DNA of 63,481 nucleotides, counting the filler, from Guillardia theta CCMP2712 (lineage: Eukaryota; Protista; Cryptophyta): assembly GCF_000315625.1 (NCBI RefSeq). It is 6 parts of 6 records of this genome, joined end to end, with 100 filler letters (N's around TTAATTAATTAA, not from the genome) between each part and the next. Parts side by side here need not be neighbours in the genome. Positions count along the whole stretch, not along the records: positions 52,010 to 56,540 come from NW_005434629.1; positions 56,641 to 60,896 come from NW_005434465.1; positions 60,997 to 63,481 come from NW_005434591.1; 3 more parts are not named here. One strand, written 5' to 3'. The position numbers and the translations under genes are program-made. The notes below the pieces were generated by a model. The model made no database searches. It saw only the letters and a program-made list of their open reading frames with translations, and was not told the origin of the DNA. Position 1 is the stretch's first letter, and the number at the start of each line of letters is the position of its first letter. Positions 55,304 through 63,481 of this stretch are shown piece after piece.

Positions 55304-55556
55304 ATGCAGGGAGATCTGAGGCTGGAGAATGAGCGGCTGGTCCACGAGAATGCACAGTTGAGGAAGGAGGTGAAGGCACATGAGGGAGGAGGAGGAGACG
55401 GGAGGAGGAGGAGGAGGAGGAGGAGGAGGCTGATGCTTTTTTGGTCAGAATGAAGAGATAAAGAGGAGTATGAATGAAGCCACGAACCTCATACGGCGCT
55501 ACGAGAACCTGGTAGACGATGACTTTGAGATGAGAGCGGAAGTTGAAGTTTTGTGA
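55304..55556 (+). CDS. Short coiled-coil exons (terminal part of a gene)
   Basis: DLRLENERLVHENAQLRKE/NEEIKRSMNEATNLIRRYENL... joined by a GT-AG intron. Confidence 0.3.
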
Positions 55557-55812
55557 TCTTGATCGTCATGCGAGGAGTGTGTTGATGTTGATGATCGTGC
55601 TACTGTTTGTGCTGATGCGATAGTGCGTGCAGCATCTTTGTGACCTCCTTGCTTGACAGATAGTCCAGCTATCGCGGAAATCAGGTTTGAAGATGAAATC
55701 GAACGCGTCGAACACGAGAGAAGCAAACTAGAACGAACGAGATGCAAAGGAAAATCACTACAAGCAACTTGAAACATCCCCCGCTCCCCGCTCGCATCGC
55801 CGCTACGAACTC

Positions 55813-56520
55813 TCATCTTTCCTTGACTTTCAACTTCAACAGATCAGCCCGCCAGTGCCGTAGCCCCCAAGAAAGACACCTGCCATGACACACTAGTTCC
55901 TCGCTCCCTCCGATCGTCTCCCTCGCCTCCTCCCTCCTACCCTTCCCCACCACCTCCAACCCCACTCCGCAAACCACACAGGATTCTTTGCCTGCCCTGT
56001 AAGCTGCCTCCTCCTCCCCGGCCACCTGAGCCTCCCACCACTGCCGCCACTCCCTGATGCCAGAGGAGAGCACGCGAGCTTGCAGCTCGTCCTTGTCCAC
56101 AGAGACCTGAAGCTTCCATGCTAGGCGAGACGCGACGGAGGAGAGGGCAGCGGCACCTGAGATGTACATCTCCATCCTACTGCTCCTGAGAACCTCCTCC
56201 TGCAACTGAGGGTGCGCATTTTCCGCACCCGCCGCTGCCTGGAACTGCTCCAGGATGAGGGCGCAAGTCTTCAGCTCCTCCATGCTGGCCGTCAGCATCT
56301 GAGCGCGCAAGTTCTGCAGGAATTCCTCGTCCACTGCAGGGCGGGAGAGAGAGGAGCCACTACTCTCTTGCCCTTCATCGTTCCTGTAGCCGAAGAGCTC
56401 TCCCTCCTCCTCGGAGTCTTCGTCCAGGTTGAACTTCGTTGCTCCACTTGTCAAAGCCGTCTCTTCGTCTCCCTTAAACACCTCAGGAAACGCCTCCTCC
56501 TCCTCGAACGCCCCGAACGC
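55813..56520 (-). CDS. Hypothetical protein, C-terminal fragment truncated by a gap
   Basis: 222-aa ORF with a helical region and CVVC...CHGRC near the end. Confidence 0.45.
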   Translation of the reverse strand, partial: AFGAFEEEEAFPEVFKGDEETALTSGATKFNLDEDSEEEGELFGYRNDEGQESSGSSLSRPAVDEEFLQNLRAQMLTASMEELKTCALILEQFQAAAGAENAHPQLQEEVLRSSRMEMYISGAAALSSVASRLAWKLQVSVDKDELQARVLSSGIREWRQWWEAQVAGEEEAAYRAGKESCVVCGVGLEVVGKGRREEARETIGGSEELVCHGRCLSWGLRHWRADLLKLKVKER

Positions 56521-56540
56521 CCCGAACTCTTCCTCCTCTT

Positions 56541-56640
56541 NNNNNNNNNNNNNNNNNNNNNNNNNNNNNNNNNNNNNNNNNNNNTTAATTAATTAANNNN
56601 NNNNNNNNNNNNNNNNNNNNNNNNNNNNNNNNNNNNNNNN
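56541..56640. other. Assembly gap spacer
   Basis: N run with TTAATTAATTAA. Confidence 0.98.
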
Positions 56641-56715
56641 AGTCTCCTCTCCTTCTGTTTGTCTTCTCTCTCCTCCCTATCCTCCTCTTGCTCCTCTCTG
56701 ATGTGCGACGACGAA

Positions 56716-57710
56716 GGCAATTTGTCTTCATTGTCGGTCGGCAACAACAAGATCGCAAGGATCCCCTCCTCCATCGCCTCCTGCAAGAAACTCAACGAGC
56801 TGTCAGCTGGCAGCAACCTGATTTCTCAACTTCCGCCTGAGGTTGTTTGACCTTCCATCCTCCTCCTTCCTCCATTCCTCCCTCCACCCATCTCGATCTT
56901 CTTCCCTTTTCGCTCGTCTCTCGTCCTCTGACTGTACCTTCAGATCGCTCAGGTCCACTCGCTCACCAAGCTTGTCCTATCGCAGAACAAGTTGGCTACC
57001 TTGCCCGACTTCCTCTTCGATCTTGAAAAACTCGAGACTTTGGTAGGACAGAGAGGAAAGAGAATTCAAGTAACGGAAGGGGCAGGATGTCGCCGACAAC
57101 GAGCTGGAACAACTTCCTCCTCCTGTCTCGCGCCTCAAGGCCTTGACCAACCTCTTCATACAGGTACTCCCTTCCCCTCCCCTCCCTTCCCCTCCCCTCC
57201 TCCCCTTCCTCCCCTCTCATGTGCTCGTCCCGTTGCTCTGGTTCCTCTTCGTTGCCTTCCTCAGAGTCTGGCAGGGCAACAAGATCGTTGAGCTGCCTGA
57301 GACTCTCCGGGACCTTCAGAACATCAAGAGAATCACCTTGACAGGAAACCCGATGGACCTTCAGGACTCGCGATACCTCCAAGTCTCTACTGCCTCTCCT
57401 CCCTCGCTCCTTCTCCTCCCTCGCTCTCTCCCCGTCGTCTCCTTGTTTGCTCTCCTCCCCCTCCTCCTCGTCCTCTGCTTACTTGTATCGAGCAGCTGTC
57501 GGGTGACTTGCAGACACTTTGCGAGGCCAATGGCGGACGTTTCACAGGTCCCTCCCCTTGCTCTGAGTGTGGCGGCTAACAAGCGTGCGAAGGAGCGGAA
57601 AAGGCTGAGGGAGGAGGAAGCAAGCTCAAGGGGTTGGGCAAGTTCAAGCTCGGTGCGACTATTGACTTTCATAGATCACACTCATCTACTTACAGGAACA
57701 TGAGAAGACA
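56716..57710 (+). CDS. Intracellular-type LRR protein (SHOC2/RSU1-like repeats), 3' part
   Basis: LSVGNNKIARIPSSIASCKKLNELSAGSNLISQLPPE, LSQNKLATLPDFLFDLEKLETL, GNKIVELPETLRDLQNIKRITLTGNPM. Confidence 0.8.
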
Positions 57711-57838
57711 TGAATGCTCCTCCTCCTTCTCCTCCTCCTTCTCCTCTGCTACATACTCTTACAATCTCCTCTTCCCCGACTAGTTAACCGCACTAGGAGG
57801 CGCTGGTCGATTCGCTAGATTACATTCAAGTGATGACG

Positions 57839-59625
<1,787 letters not shown>

Positions 59626-59881
59626 GCCGGCAGCTGACCAGAAGCAGAGAGACCTGAAACAAGCAGTGTGAACACCAAGCAAGGAGTCAACACTGCTGCT
59701 CTTACACCACCATTCCCCTCTCCCCCTCCCCCTCCCCCTCCCTCTCCCCCTCCCTCTCCCTCTCCCTTAATCGCATTTTGTTTTTCGCGTCTACCACCCT
59801 CACGACCACCCCTACCCCCTCTGATTCCTTTTTTCACCCCACCCTCGGGTGAACATCCTAACAGGACTAGGGGAAGCGGCG

Positions 59882-60846
59882 ATGATGCAGGAGGGGAGGA
59901 GCGGAGGCGAGCGAGGGGAGCGGGCGGGGGAGGCGCTAGAGCAGATTCTAGGGGAGGGAGGGAGAAGGGAGGCGCTCGAGCAGATCCTTGGCATGACCGG
60001 AGACAACAAGGCGCTCGTGATCGACCCCTCCTTGTCCGGACCCCTTGGCCGAGTCCTCGACCTCAACCTGCTGAAGCAGCACGGGGTGGAGAAGACGATG
60101 CACCTCCGTACGGGTCCGCTGGGCATCTCGCAATGCAGAATCATCTACATCGTGCGCGCCAACCTGCCCAACATGAAGATGATCGCCGAGCAGATCCGGC
60201 ACCTGATGCAGGACGTGCGCAGGTTCGAGTACAGAGTCTGCATGTTCCCAAGGAAGACCACCATGTGTGAGCGGGTGCTGGAGGAGGAAGGAGTCTTCGA
60301 CGACATCTCCCTCACCGACTTCGACCTTGGCTTCATCCCCATCGACGATAACCTCATCTCTCTGGAGATGAGCGACGCCTTCCGGGAGGTACCTCCTCCT
60401 CCTCCTTGTCCTCCCATACCCCTCCCCTCCCCTCCTCCTTGACCTCCCCTGACTCGCTTATCCTCAGCTCAAGCTCCACCAGGACATGACCAACCTCTTC
60501 GACGCCGCCAAGGCGATCATGCAGCTGCAAGTGCTCTGCGGCATCATCCCTGTGATCAAGGGCAAGGGAGAGAACGCTAAGGTGGTGGCGGACATGCTGA
60601 TAAAACTGAGGGAGGAGGTGGGACGAGAGGACGAGGTGGTCGAATCAGAGCTCACGATCGACGAGCTCATCCTCGTGGACCGCGAGCTGGACCTGGTGAC
60701 GCCCATGCTCACTCCTCTCTCCTACGAGGGGCTCATCGACGAAATCTTCGGCATCCAGCATGGCTTCGCTGCCCTCCCCTCAGAGCTCGTGCCGGGAGCA
60801 GGCAACCAGTGGAACCAGCGGGACAACGAACAAGCTCGAGTGAAGG
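59882..60846 (+). CDS. VPS33: Vps33 (Sec1/Munc18 family), 5' part; remainder lost in the gap
   Basis: KALVIDPSLSGPL...LLKQHGVEK, CERVLEEEGVF, FIPIDDNLISLEM and LILVDRELDLVTPMLTPLSYEGLIDEIFGI. Confidence 0.9.
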
Positions 60847-60896
60847 TGACACAGAAGCTCAGCCTCCTCCCTCCCTCCCTCCCTCCCTCCCCACCT

Positions 60897-60996
60897 NNNN
60901 NNNNNNNNNNNNNNNNNNNNNNNNNNNNNNNNNNNNNNNNTTAATTAATTAANNNNNNNNNNNNNNNNNNNNNNNNNNNNNNNNNNNNNNNNNNNN
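60897..60996. other. Assembly gap spacer
   Basis: N run with TTAATTAATTAA. Confidence 0.98.
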
Positions 60997-61256
60997 GCTC
61001 CCTTCCCCCCTGCTCCCCTGCTCCCCACCACCTCCCTCCCCTCACCTCTCTGCTCCCTGCTCCCTGCTCCCCTGCTCCCCTGCTCCCCTGCTCCCTGCTC
61101 CCTGCTCCCTGCTCCCTGCTCCCTGCTCCCTGCTGCCTTCTCGCTTCCCTTCCTATTCCGTCACTCTCCTCCTCTGTCTCCCTTCCTGTCTGTTTCGTTT
61201 CTTCTTCTAGCTGTTCTTCTCTCCTGCCCGCATGCTCTGCTCGCTCCCTCATTCTC

Positions 61257-63375
<2,119 letters not shown>

Positions 63376-63481
63376 CTTCTGCACCTCCTGCTGCCCTCGT
63401 CCTTTCCTTCATCCTCCTCCTCCTCCACCACCTCCTCCTCTCCTTCTCCTCCTGCATTCTCTCTCTCTCTCTCTCTCTCTC

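Overview
Intron-rich eukaryotic nuclear DNA with short GT-AG introns, CTGAC branch-like motifs and low-complexity introns. Gene content and style suggest a cryptophyte (Guillardia-like) alga, which is an inference. Five 100-bp assembly spacers are present. Recognisable genes: P1B-type heavy-metal ATPase N-terminus, PH-domain plus single-domain voltage-gated cation channel, MMTAG2-like protein, WD40 protein, PDZ and CAP-Gly exons, RWP-RK factor, voltage-sensor-linked class III adenylyl cyclase, a large DUF4062/EF-hand/NACHT-like/WD40 protein, EsV-1-7 repeat protein, small LRR protein, Siw14-type phosphatase, Vps33 and a GT4 glycosyltransferase. The standout is an ~11.3 kb gene palindrome at 8376-19642. 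It holds two inverted, convergent copies of a secreted LRR/EF-hand/dead-trypsin/CUB-like gene. Leader and C-terminal parts are near-identical, but the arrays of 72-nt LRR cassettes differ and are mosaic (15 vs 20 units). The 2041-bp spacer between them holds an intact stand-alone retrotransposon Gag with no visible pol or LTRs. This looks like a candidate variable-receptor diversification locus; its function is inferred, not shown. A short interspersed element family, one copy flanked by a direct repeat, also recurs in intergenic regions.
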